Positions 12,331-24,900 of a stretch of 64,000 nucleotides of DNA are shown here, in pieces (position 1 is the first letter of the stretch; every line of letters starts with the position of its first letter). Under the pieces are notes generated by a model. That model made no database searches, was not told the origin of the DNA, and saw nothing but the letters and a program-made list of their open reading frames with translations. A program made the position numbers and the translations under genes. The stretch is from NCBI RefSeq assembly GCF_036365525.1, contig NC_090388.1, positions 43,731,159 through 43,795,158 of the forward strand, written 5' to 3'. The DNA comes from Heterodontus francisci. Taxonomy: Eukaryota.

Positions 12331-15300
12331 CAACCTAAAAAATGATATACTTGCCTTAGAGGGGGTGCAATATAGGCTCACTAAACTCATTCCTACGAGG
12401 AGAGATTATGTAAACTAGGCCTACTTTTCCTGGAGTTACAAGAATGAGAGGTGATCTCACTGAAACATATAAAATTCTTAAGGGGCTTGACAGGGTAGAC
12501 TCTAGAAGGATGTTGCTCCTGGAAGGGGAGTCTAGAACTAGTGCTCACTGTCCAGAATAAGGGATCAACCGTTTAGGACTGAGATGAGGAGAAATTTCTT
12601 CACTCAAAGGGTTGTAAAACTTTGGAAGTCTCTTCCTGAGTATATTCAGGATAGAGATCAGTAAAATTTTGAGTACTAAGGGATTCAAGGGATATGGGGA
12701 TTGGGCAGAAAAGTGAAGTTGGGATATAGAACCAGACATGATTTTATTGAATGTTGGAGCAGGCTCAAAGTGCAGAATGGCCTACTCCTGCTTTTTCTTA
12801 TGCTGTTATGACTTAGAAAGTATAGTTTTTCATTGCAAATTGTCAGAGGATAACTGGCTTCAAAAAGTGGTATTTTTTTGTTTGCCAAAGTGCAGAATTG
12901 AGGATAACTTTTGGCATGGAGATGCCACACCCTAATGCTTTTCAATAAGATGTTTATCATAGTATCATTTGTAATCAATAAAAAAAAATTACCTAGTAAT
13001 TCTTTGTGAAGAGAGTGCCCCCTCCAATTCTTAATTCTCCATTGTTGTATTTGTGTGTACAACAGTGGACATGTGTATCGAGACTGGAGTGATCTAAGGT
13101 CAATCAAACATTTGTAAAGCTGCCATTAATTAAAATGTTCACTTAAATTTCCAAAATAACCAGAAAACACATTAAAATGATCATTTACAGCTGTGCTTTG
13201 CTTATTTGTTTTCTTCCATAGTTAACTACACCCATTGCCCTTTAGTTGGGCCCACACAGATCAAATAATAAATTTAAAACATGTGGTTTAAGCTCAATTA
13301 AATAAAATAAAATGATCAACAGTAAAAATGTTGGTTCTCATTCCTTAACCTCTCAATCTAATTCCTGTGGTGAAGAATAACGATATTGTGAAAGACAAAC
13401 TGAAGGATGATCAGCTTATAAATTAAAACCTATCAATATAAATCAACTTTTTTGGGTTGAAGTAAACCAGTTTCAAAAGCAGCAGTGTGATTTGGGCATT
13501 GGTCAAAATCTGAAGCTTGAATTACTGAAGGCAGGAAATGTGACTATCTCTAGCAGATAGTCGCATGACTTTTGGGCTACTCACAAAGTAAACTTTCATT
13601 AGAGGTTCTGTTTTCTTTTCTGATTGCTAACAGGTGGTTTTCTTCAATTCAGTGCTCCTTGGAGCCCATCTCCTACAGCAGGATCACTGCTGCCACCAGT
13701 TTACTCTGTAACTGTAAGCAGTGCTGGCCATGGGCATTCCATTGAGGTTGTCAATGACTATGCTGAATTTTGGAGGAAGAGGAATTCCTGAGGATGAAGG
13801 AGAAGCAGCTGCATTGGTAAGGCAGGCGCCTGACACTGATCCACTTTTAACATGGGAATTAGATCAAACAATCCAAGCACAACAAATTAAAGTTCGGAGT
13901 CAACTCTCTTTGCCATCTACTCTTCATCAGGGAGGTAGTCCTCAATTTATGCCATATACTAATCTATTGTTTGATCTGCAGATGACATCCAGCACTGGGA
14001 TAGCTCTACCACCACAACATTTTAAGGCACTGCTGGTGACGATTGACAAATATGTCAGCTGTCCATACACCACTGTATCAAGTAAGTCACCACAGCCTTG
14101 ATTGTCAAGAGCAACACTTTGTCATCTTCCCAATAGAAATGAAGGAATAACTGGAGAAGGCCCAGTATTTCTATCGGCTGGCTGCATTCCCAAGAGTGCA
14201 GGGCATTGTCACACACCTATGTGTTAACTTTTCTATGTCGTTATCGAAGAACCATGAACATCGCAATCCTTACAGAAACAGTTTATAGCAAAAGGAGACA
14301 AATTATAGTCTACTGCTCATCGCTGCAATTTTTAAAAATATATATTTATTTTGTGTCTCAGGTTTCTCTGCCAGAAAACAGACTTTTGGGCTTTGGAATG
14401 TTGTGTGTATATTAGGGCATGAACACTTATGCATTCATCGGCAATTCTTTTGCTCACTACTTTCACTGCATTAGCTGGTATATTTTATATGTTAATATGA
14501 TAAGGTTTACATGCAACTTCAGGATTTTGGTATCTGGTTTATAGTTCAGAAGTTTCTGTTCAAGTAAGCCAGTCCAGTCGAAAAAGTGATTGGTGCCAAC
14601 CTATATCCTGAAAGACTGTACATTTATTCTTTAATAATTTAGATTCCTGGTAGTTTAATGGGCAGGTAGATAGCCTTATTAAATGGTTGAAAATAAGGAG
14701 CCTTTTGATAGTGGAAGAAAGTGGCAAGGGCTTAAAAGAAAGATTTGTGCAGAGTTTTATTGCAGGTGTGTAGCAAAGAATTATAAAAGCAACTTATATA
14801 ATATGAAAGGCATGTTGAAGTGAAATGGAAATACAAAAATTATAAGCAAAATAAGTTATGTTTCCTTCAGCAAAAACAGTGTATCTGGCTAAATTGCTAC
14901 ATGTGGGCATAGCCAGATGAAGAATAAACCGTTTATTAAGTAATAATCTTAATTCTTAATGTCAGCAGCACTACTGAACTAGCATGGTTATTACAATTTA
15001 TCATACCAACCTTCCTTACCTCTCTGAGGGAGATTACCAAGTTAATGGAAATTTGTGCTGAGTTACAAGTAGTTTTGTACTTTGGGAGTAGCCTATTAGG
15101 GTGAATCAATTTCACAAGAACTCTTACTTGCAGCCATATAAATGTATGTTACACTAGTCTGGTCCTAGCTCCCCAGAATTCACTGGGCTATTAACACTAT
15201 GGCTTATGAAGTTCTGATTTTAAAAATAAATAAAATGATCCACAATACACCCACACAAAAAATCTGAAATCTCTGTTTGACAGTTAGAAATGGAACGGAT

Positions 15301-16299
15301 AATAACCATATAAAATAAGATTTGAATGTGTAATTACAAAGAGCTTAGCTTTTACAATTCTTTTAAAACAAAAATCAGTCTCTTTTTATTTTCATTCCCT
15401 TTTTCCACCAATCTCAATGGAATAATTTGCTCTGATGTCAGAATATTAAAAGCTGACTTTGAAAATAACCACTCTCTTGTTTTGACAGACTCTGCTCCAT
15501 ATGTCTGGTGAATGAAATGAAGAGTAAACAGAGTACTCTGTGCTCATGTTTACTTTTCTGTTCTCCTCCGGTTGATACCTTGTGAAACATGCATGGTACA
15601 GCCAGGCATCTGTTATAACACTATCAAAGATGTGCACTATACAACTGAAGAGTACTTTCTGATAAAGCACTCCTAGAATCTGCTCAGGTAGAAAATGTTT
15701 GGAAAAACAAACAGTAAATGATATTGAACAGGTGTATACCTTCATCACATAAAAAAATCACTAACATGGATTGTTAGGACATGAGCTTACAAATTGTTTC
15801 CTTTGGGCTGTAAACTAGTGATAAGATGGAGGTTATATTATCAAAATCAACACAGCATTGCAAAAAAAAAGTCATACTCTCTCTCTGATAACAGACATCA
15901 GCTCAGTTTTCCGGAAATCAAACAGGGAGACAATCTTCTGAATTTAACAGCACATGAATAAAAATTGAGTGAAGTACAAATTGATGTTAAGGGGCTATGA
16001 TCTTATTAGAGATGCAGGAAAAGGCATGATTATACTGGAGATGCTGTAAAAAATGTGGTGTATTAAATTTATGAAACATTATCACACACATTGAGAATAT
16101 TTATGTGTGCTACATAGTAATGATTCTTAGCAATTTTAATTGCAATATGAACTATCACAATGAGGCTCAAAAGGAGGGTAAGGAGATTGAATGAACCAAT
16201 TGATCAAGGGCTAATGATTGAACATAGTTTCTCCTCAATGACTGCAGTGAGCAAACAGTTCTGTCACATGTGCCAGCAGGTTTCACATGTAAGCTGATG

Positions 16300-17190
16300 A
16301 CACCCAGCTCTATTTCTCTTACCAGCGCTCTCGACCCCTCCACTGCCTGTGCTATCAGCCTATTAGTCCAACATCCAATCAGGTTGAGCCACAATTCTTT
16401 CATGAAATATTGGGAAGCCCAGAATGGTCATCTTCAGCCCCCACAACAAACTCCATACCCTCATCACCCTCTCCATCCTCTCCCTGGTTGAAGCCAACTT
16501 TTCACCACCTCAGCATCCTATTTGTCTAAAAACTGAGCTTCTGACCTCATATCATCTCCGTCACAAAGACTGCCTATTTCCACCTTCATAACATTGCAAG
16601 TCTCCACCGCTGCATGTCCATCTGCTGCTGAAATCCTCATCCATGCCATTATCACCTCTAGACACAACTATTACAATGCTCCCCTGCTCAGTCTTCCATC
16701 CTCCGCCCTCTATAAACTTCAGCTCATCCAGAACTCTGCATCCGAATCCATTTCACATTTCACCTCTGTGCTTGCTGGCCTACATTGGATTCTGCTCCCC
16801 TACAATTCCAATTGAAAATTCCCATCCTTGTGTTCAAATCCCCTTTTGACCTCAACCCTCCCTATGTCTGTAACCTCCTCATCTACAACCCTCCAAGAGC
16901 TCTGCAATCCTCCAACTCTTGCCTCTGGTGCATCCCCCACTCACTTCACCTCACCACTTGCAACTGTGCCTTAAGCTGTCTAGGCCCTAAGCTCTGGAAT
17001 TCCCTCCCTAAATCTCACAGCCTCTCTGCTCCTTCAAGATCCTCCTTAAAACCTGCCTCTGTAACCAAACTTTTAGTCATCACTCCTAATATCTCCTTGT
17101 GCTCATGCCATTTTTGTCTGATTATGCATCAGTGAAGCACCTTGAGATTTTGTTTACCTTAACGGCACTATAACAGCAAGCTGCTGTTGT
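16300..17190 (+). mobile_element. L2 LINE 3' fragment
   Basis: L2 ORF2 C-terminal peptides (LIHAIITSR..YYN..L; KLQLIQNSA; LHW; KLWNSLP). Confidence 0.8.
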
Positions 17191-17269
17191 TTTCATATCA
17201 CAGTTAAGCTTAGAACTACTCTAAGCCGTTTCCTCCTGATGATTTCATCAGGATTTACTGCAATAACAC

Positions 17270-18190
17270 CAATAATTTGTTCTTATATAGCATCCTTAAA
17301 GTAATAAAATGTCCCAAAGTGCTTATAAAGCAGAATTTAACACCGAACCACATAAGGAGATATTAGGTCAGATGACCAAAAGCTTGCCAAAGAGGCAGGC
17401 TTTAAGTAGCATCTTAAAAGAGGAAAGAGTGGTAGAAAGGTGGAAAGGTTTAAGGACAGAGATCCAGAGCTTAGGGCTTGGGCAACTGAAGGCAGGTTCA
17501 CCAATGATGGAGTAATTAAAATTGGGAATGCTCAAGAAGCTAGAATTGGAGGAGCACAGCTATCTCAGAGGGTTATGAGGCTGGAGGAGATTACAGAGAT
17601 AGGGAGGGGTGAGACCACAGAGGGATTTGAAAATAAGGATGAGAATTTTAAAATCGAGGCTTTGCTTAACTGGGAGCCAATGTAGGACAGCGAGGACATG
17701 GGTGATGGGTGAACAGGACTTGGTGCGAGTTAGGTCAGAGTTTTGGATGACCTCAAGTTTACAGTGGGTAGAACGTGGGAGGCCGACCAGAACTGCATAG
17801 GAATAATCAAGTCTAGAGGTAACAACGGCATGGATGAGAATTTCAGCAGCAAATGAGCTGAGGCAGAGGGGGTGTCAGGCAATGCTATGGAGGTGGAAAT
17901 AGGTTGTCTTAGTGATGGCACAAATATGTGGTCAGAAGATCATCACAAGGTTAAATATGGCACCAAGGCTGCAAACAGTCTGGTTTAGTTTCAGAGGGTT
18001 GCCAGGAAGAAGGTGAAATTGGTGATTGGGGAACAGAGTTTGTAATAGAGACCTGGCTTCGGTCTTCCCAATATTGAGTTGGAGGAAATTTTTGCTCAAT
18101 CAATACTGGATGTCTGACAACTGATAATTTAGACAGTGAAGGTGTCGAGAGCGTTGGTGTTGAGGTAGAACTGGATGTCCTCAGTGTAAA
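17270..18190 (-). mobile_element. L2 LINE 3' fragment, tail-to-tail with the previous copy
   Basis: Reverse-complement similarity to 16300-17190 (e.g. ccagcgctctcgac versus gtcgagagcgttgg). Confidence 0.8.
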
Positions 18191-18552
18191 CGCCCAAATA
18201 TTCTAAGTAAATAGAGAAAAGTTAATCATTCACAATAGGATTATTTTCAGAACTAGGATACACGAAGTGACTGTAGCTTCCAAGCTATTTGTTTGGGGAT
18301 CGAACTGGGCAAAAATGTCGCAGTAAAGTGGCCACGCTTCAATTATTGTGCATTAACACAGTTTGTTTCGGTTTGCAATAATTTGAGTACTGTATTACTT
18401 AGTTTTCGACGAGGTCTGATTACGTGAATCGAGACGTCCGACAAATATTCATCCTGCAGAGAACGATCTCCAGGTTTGTAAACCAAGAAACGGGATAACA
18501 TTATTTGTTACTACCTTTCTGCAGAAGAGCCAGCTACTGTGAACTTCTAATC

Positions 18553-19506
18553 ATGGCCATTCCATATGGGATCATCTTCGCCACCATTTGCAGTGTCATC
18601 GTGTTGGTTGGGGTGTTCGCCCATATGCTGGTGTTCTACATCTTCACCAAGTATGTTTCATTCCGTAAAAACCGCTTGGACATCCTATTGGTAAGCATGG
18701 CCGTGGCAGATTTCATCTCTCTCCTTCTAGATCCTTTCCTTATCGTGGCTGTTCTGGGATATACATGGCCCTTTGGAAGGACATTCTGCAAAGTGTTTCA
18801 GTTCCTCTTGGCGTTCTCTTTGGCCGCCAGCGCTTACTCCCTGTGCGCTGTCTCCATTACCCGGGCCTGGATCATATTGAAACCCCACAGACCCCCTGCA
18901 ATGACTTTCAGCATGGTCATGTTGGTCTTCGTCTGGGTTTTGAGCCTCTGTGTGACCATACCTCTCCGGATCAATGCCACAACAGGGAGAGGGAATCACA
19001 ACATCACCCTCTGCGTGTCGGGGTTATACCAGCACAAATACAAGACCATCTTAGCTCAGTTCATCCTTTATTATTTGGTCCCCATGCTGGTGATTGCCTA
19101 TAACTACGCTCGTCTTGCAGTCTTCCTTCTTAAAAGCCCCATGATGTCTTTGGTCAGTTCCAGAAATACAAGAAGGGCGTCCATTATGATTTTATTTGCC
19201 ACGGGCTCCTTCTCTGCGTGTTGGCTGCCCAGCTATATCTTAGAGCTCTGCATCTACCTGGGCTCCTGCTATCGTGGGCAGACCTGGGAAATACTCTTTT
19301 TCGGCTGCACCGTCCTTAACTATTTCTACCCGTGTGTCAACCCGATCATTTACGTTTTGCTAGCCAAGAGATATCGGAATGAGAAATCGTGCTGGAGCCT
19401 GTCTTTTAACACACATAAAGTGCACCCCAAGAACAGCGCGAGAGGTCTAGATGAGAAGATTTTCTCATGCCATCGAACTTACAGACTTCAAAACACATCT
19501 ACCTGA
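18553..19506 (+). CDS. Class A (rhodopsin-like) 7TM peptide-receptor-like orphan GPCR, galanin/kisspeptin/allatostatin-receptor-like, about 317 aa
   Basis: Uninterrupted ORF with seven hydrophobic segments, MAVAD (D2.50), WPFG..CK, ECL2 Cys, TM5 Pro, CWLP and NPIIY. Kozak atcATGG; AATAAA at 19905 and 19955; possible acceptor at 18523-18524. Confidence 0.9.
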   Translation: MAIPYGIIFATICSVIVLVGVFAHMLVFYIFTKYVSFRKNRLDILLVSMAVADFISLLLDPFLIVAVLGYTWPFGRTFCKVFQFLLAFSLAASAYSLCAVSITRAWIILKPHRPPAMTFSMVMLVFVWVLSLCVTIPLRINATTGRGNHNITLCVSGLYQHKYKTILAQFILYYLVPMLVIAYNYARLAVFLLKSPMMSLVSSRNTRRASIMILFATGSFSACWLPSYILELCIYLGSCYRGQTWEILFFGCTVLNYFYPCVNPIIYVLLAKRYRNEKSCWSLSFNTHKVHPKNSARGLDEKIFSCHRTYRLQNTST

Positions 19507-20240
19507 ACTTTTGTCCCCAAATAATACTTAGAGCGGATGCACCAGGCCATTCCTCAGAATTTAAGAGACCGCCATGAAGCACAGGCGCAGTAATATTCTG
19601 AAACCTAATTGGGAGGATAGATACGAATGAAAGTTTTTGTCGGGGTACTAAGCAGTTCAGTCCTGCCTGGCACAGAAAATGTAATGGCTGGATCAGCCAA
19701 ATTGGAATCCGAAGACACAATGTTTAAAATGGATTTGGCATATATTTATTTCCATGTCTGCTAAACACCACATTGAAATGTAACTAAAATAAACGAACGT
19801 TTGTACACTATATGTGAGAAAATATTTCGCTGACAAGGAGCCACAAGTTTTGGAAACAGTAAGATGGAGGATAGAGATAATGGCATTTTCTGCTAATTTA
19901 TTAAAATAAATTGAAATGTAAACGAGCTTTGCGTTACAACATGCAGAAATCTTAAATAAAATCATCTTAAATTATAGCATATATTTTCTGTTTTCTATCT
20001 AATTAAACAAAATCACTCTTCGGTTAATGTTTTTAAAACAAATTAATATGGTTCAGAAATAAATCTTTAAAGCTAAACAAATCAATCAGGCATTATGATG
20101 GCACAATGATTTGGAGCACCAGTAGATTCATGCACTTGATTCCTCATCTGATTCGTTTACTGGCCTGAGCCCTGCAAAAAAAAGGTTTGTAACAAAAAAT
20201 AGAAACTTCTTTAAACAAAGACGGGGGCAATCAGAAGGTG

Positions 20241-20295
20241 AGCCAATCACATCAAACTGCTCTAATCCACCTGCTGGTAGCTGCATATAAAGGAG
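20241..20295 (+). promoter_or_regulatory. Candidate CCAAT/TATA core promoter
   Basis: AGCCAATCA at 20241-20249, TAATCC at 20263, CACCTG at 20268 and TATAAAA at 20286-20292, in canonical spacing. Confidence 0.35.
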
Positions 20296-21049
20296 GACTG
20301 TTGGAGAGTTTAAGAACAGGACCTCAGGACCACAGAACTTGCCTGGTTTAGGGTCATTTCAAAATGGCTGCTTTAGAAGAATGTTACTTATTTTGTTGAA
20401 CTGTGGTCACAATTGTATTTTATTCATCCAATCAGACTTGTGAATCTATCTTCAGTGGGACTCGCCTTCCTACATTACACGCAAGAACACATATAGCTGC
20501 TATGGAGCCACAAGATTATAATTCAATCAAATCACAAACTGAGATTAAGCTTTGAGTGAGTTATGAACATCACTAAAACCCTTAATCCTTCCAGGAATGA
20601 ATGGTAGCATTATTGGCAGCACCAGTTATTTATAAGCCTATATAATAAATATCAAATAGGACTTTAAATATTATGAAGGGCATATTTGAATATTGTCATT
20701 GACATTCATTTTCAATAATCCAACAACAAAATGATTAAATAATTAAAGAACACTGCTCAACAAAATGTCACAACTAAATGGAACTTAGTTATAACTAGAA
20801 TGAGTAAGTGGGTGGAAAATGACCACAGGTGCTTTCCTGAATCGAGCTTCATACCTTCCTGTAAAGAGTTAAGAGGGTGTTAATGCTTTAGACAAAAAAT
20901 AGGAAGATCATTTTCATCATTACTATCGAATGCAAAATTTCTGAGTGGCTGTAAATTACTATAGACTTTTCATGTGGGCAACCAAAAAGGCTAATAGAAT
21001 GTAAACCTTTATAAACTAGAAGGCTAGAAAATAATGGGAAGAGCTGAAC

Positions 21050-21920
21050 TCCAGAGGTGAGGTGAGAGTGACTGCCCTTGACAACAAAGCAACATTTGAC
21101 CAAGTATGACATCAAGGAGCACTAGCAAAACTGAAGTCAATGGGAATCAGGGGGAAATCTCTCTGCTGGTTGGAGTCATACCTAGCAAACAGGAAGATGG
21201 TTGTGGTTGTTGGAGGTCAATCACCTCAGCCCCAGGACATCACTGCAAGAGTTCCTCAGGATAGTGTCCTAGGGCCAATCATCTTCAGCTGTTTCATCAA
21301 TGACCTTCCCTCCATCATGATATCAGAAGTAAGGATGTTCGCTGATGATTGTACAATGTTCAGCACCATTCGCAACTCCTCAGATACTGAAGCAGTCCGT
21401 GTTCACATGCAGAGGACCTGGACAACATTCAGGCTTGGGTTAATATGTGGCAAATAATATTTGTGCCACACAAGTGCAGGCAATGACCATCTCTAACAAG
21501 GGAGAATCCAACCATCTCCCATAGACATTCAATGGCATTATCATTTCTGAATCCCCCACTATCAACATCCTGGGAGTTACCACTGACTAGAAACTTAACT
21601 GGACCAACCACATAAATACTGTGATTACAAGAGCAGGTCAGAGGCTGGGAATTCTGTAGCAAGTAACTCACCTCCTGACTCCCCAGTGCCAGTCCACCAT
21701 CTACCAGGCACAAAGCAGGAGTGTGATGGAATACTCTCCACTTGCCTGGATGAGTGCAGGTCCAACAACACTCAGGAACCTCAACACCATCCAGGACAAA
21801 TCAGTCCACTTAATTGACACCTTCAATATTCACTCCATCCACCAGCGATGCACAGTGGCAGCAGTGTGTACCATCTACGAGATGCACTACAAGACTCAGC
21901 AAGTCTCCTTCGACAGCACC
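21050..21920 (+). mobile_element. LINE RT fragment interrupted by the Gypsy element; resumes at 28109-28417
   Basis: VPQDSVLGP...MFADD. The intact site cgacagcaccttccaaacctgc (seen in the copy near 10030-10055) is split between 21920 and 28109. Confidence 0.85.
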
Positions 21921-24900
21921 TGTTATGGCCGACTGCTCAAGACAAAGCATCCAATCAAAATATATGATTCTGATTGCGGTGGGAGAAATGCATTGTCAAC
22001 TCAGTCCTGCCACTCCACAGATCGCCTAAACTTTCCAAATTAAAGGAAACCACAGCCAACTTGACTATCTATTAACCCCCTGAATGAGGCAAACCAAACC
22101 AGGTGTCCTTAGATCAACAAATTAACTGTTTAATTAGAAAACCTAAATTCTTAGACATTATTAAGATATAAACAACATTTCAAATAGCAAAAGTTAGTGT
22201 CCTTGCAGATTTATGCTCCTGCCAAAGTGGTATCTTCCAATGTGGAACAGTCCTAGGTTGCCTGAAGTTCTCACAGCCATACAATGGGGGGAAAAAGGTG
22301 CTTCAACAGTCGGACAGTCAGTAGTTTAGTTCCAGTTGAAGTGATGCTCTTCTTCCAGCGATGAATTCAGCAATCAACAACTTGCAGACACTTTTCAATG
22401 AATCAATTTGGCTTTAGAATTGTTTTGTAGGGTGAAAAAGTGATCAGTCTAAAATTCACCACCTTTCAGTTTAAATTATCAGCGATCTCTGTTAGGTCCA
22501 TGCTGGTCCAGCTGTCTGTCTGTCTGTCTCAACTAAAAAGCCAGTTCAAAATGTAATTGTAATATTGTATATCCGGTCCTTGTTCTCGGAAAGGCTGTTA
22601 CCGGGTAACCAGGATGCATTCTTTGAAGCTGGTTGGTTTCCTCTCCCTGTGGTTGTATCCTACGGCAACGAGAATACATTCTTTGACTCACAGTCCCTAG
22701 AGCTTGCTGCCTTAAAGCAGTACTGATCTTCTTGCAGCCTTAAAGGCACACTGCATACTTCCTGGAAAAAAAGCTACAGGATCATAACACTTCCGCCCCT
22801 GGTAGAATGAAACGCCATTCCTGAAATGCATTTCATTACAATGGGTGAAAAAAAAAATTGAAAAAAAAACACTAACATTTTTTTTCCCACATTTACAGGC
22901 ATACACTTTTCTCTAAAAATGGTAAGATTACAGCAACAAGTTCCACCAGAACATTTCAGCTTTAAACTTTCAAAAGGTTGTCCCAATTAACCCATTTCAA
23001 ATTTCCAAGTATTGTCTTCCAGTTTCGTATTTTCCTTCTAAGTGTCCCTATGATCCATCACCTCAGCCAGGTGAACGACACAGCTAGGAGCACTGACCGC
23101 TACTGGGTTCACTATTCTCTGAGAAGTTTTTCGATTACCCCTTAACCTATGTGGCATCACTTGATACTGGAAAACCCTGTCCCATGTAACAGAAACTGAT
23201 TTTTTCTTACCCTGGGGTGTCAAAGGAATTTGACAGTATCCTCCAACACATCTGTTTCTTTAATACACATTGTGTTGCCCACTCTGCCTAGACAGTCCTT
23301 TAAATGAGAATTTGCGTAGGAGTCTATGCAAGTTTGAGCCGTCCCACCAGGTTTAGTCATCAAGACCATCTGTGAATTCCAGCTGTCCTAACTAGGTTCA
23401 ACTAAGCTGCCCTTCAGCAAGCATTGTACCGTTGCTTCCACTTGGGCCTGTCTGTCCAGACCTACACGGCAAGGATGTTGTTTCAAAGGAATGGTTCCTC
23501 CTATACCTACATCAAGTGTGGCTAAGGGTGTACATCCCAGCTTATCCTTACAAACCTTTTGAAATGTTGTGAAAAGCCTGGTTAGGTCTTCATGCTGTTT
23601 TGCCTCCAAAAGAATTTTGTCTAATTTTCCTAGCCATTCTATATTCGCTAATCTGACAGTTGGAGGTTCCATCTAAGAATTTCCTAGGCCTGCTTCTGCC
23701 TCATCCTCACTATCCTTTTTCTTCTCAACAGTCCCGATTACCTGACATACCTGTACTGCTTATCCTCCTCCCTGTGGTAATATTGCTTGAGCATATGATG
23801 TGACACAACCAGTTCTTCTTCTGGCGATCAGGGGTGTCAATCAAGTAATCTACCTTCCCCACTCATTTGATTACTCTATATGGGCCACTGAACCATGCTT
23901 TTAATGGTTCTCTCTGTGATGGTAACAACACTAATACTTCATCCCCTGGTTTTATGGTAGGTTGTGGTTTTCCCACCATTTGACAGGTATAGCATGTCCT
24001 ACAAAATTGTTTCACATCTTTTGTAAGACCTGGCCAGTAATAATGTTGACTTATGCATGATTTGGTCTTCCAAATTCCCCGAAATCCTGCAAAAGGAATG
24101 TCGTGTGCTAACCTTAATAGTCCTTGTCGATATTTAGGTGGTACCACTATCTGTTCAACAGCAGTCCAGTCTTAGTCAGCAGGGGATTAGAATAGATAGG
24201 CTTGATGGCCGGTGCAGACACGGTGGTCTGGAGGGCCTGTTTCTATGCTGTCTAACTCTATGACTCTAGGCCTATGAGGCGGTCTCCATTTCTCCCTCAA
24301 ACCCCCATTTGCCATATAATAGCCTTCCAGAACTCCTTTCGCCTCAGCTTAGGTCAGAGCTGTCTGTGCTTTTCCAGATATCCCTGGTGTTATGACCGAC
24401 TGCCCCCGTCAAAGTCCCCAATCAAAATATACGATTCTGATTGTGGTGGGACCAATGCACTGTCAATTCAATCCTGTCGTTCCACAGATTGGCTAACATA
24501 TCATTTAAAAACGTTCCAAATTAAAGAAAGAACCAGCCAAATTGTACCATCTATTAACCCCCGAATGAGGCTAACCAAACCAGGTGTCTTTAACTCAACA
24601 ACTTAACTCTTTAATTAGAAGAACTAAATTCTTAAACATTATGAAGATATAAACAACATTTAAAATAGAAAGCATTAGCGTCCTTGCAAATTTACTGTCC
24701 AATGTTGCTCAAAGTCCTCACAGGATGTTGCTCGAAGTCCTCACAGGATGCTTTCCTTCTCCAGCGAATTTCAACAGTTAACGAATTGCAAACACTTTCA
24801 ACAGAATCAATCTAACTTTAGAGTATTTGAGGGATAAAAGATTGTCACAGTCTAACTTCCCCTTCTTCAATTTAAATTACCAGAGACCTCTGTTTTGGCT

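Noticed and set aside
24702-24750. 23-bp direct repeat
   Set aside because: A local tandem duplication within an LTR; not CRISPR-like.
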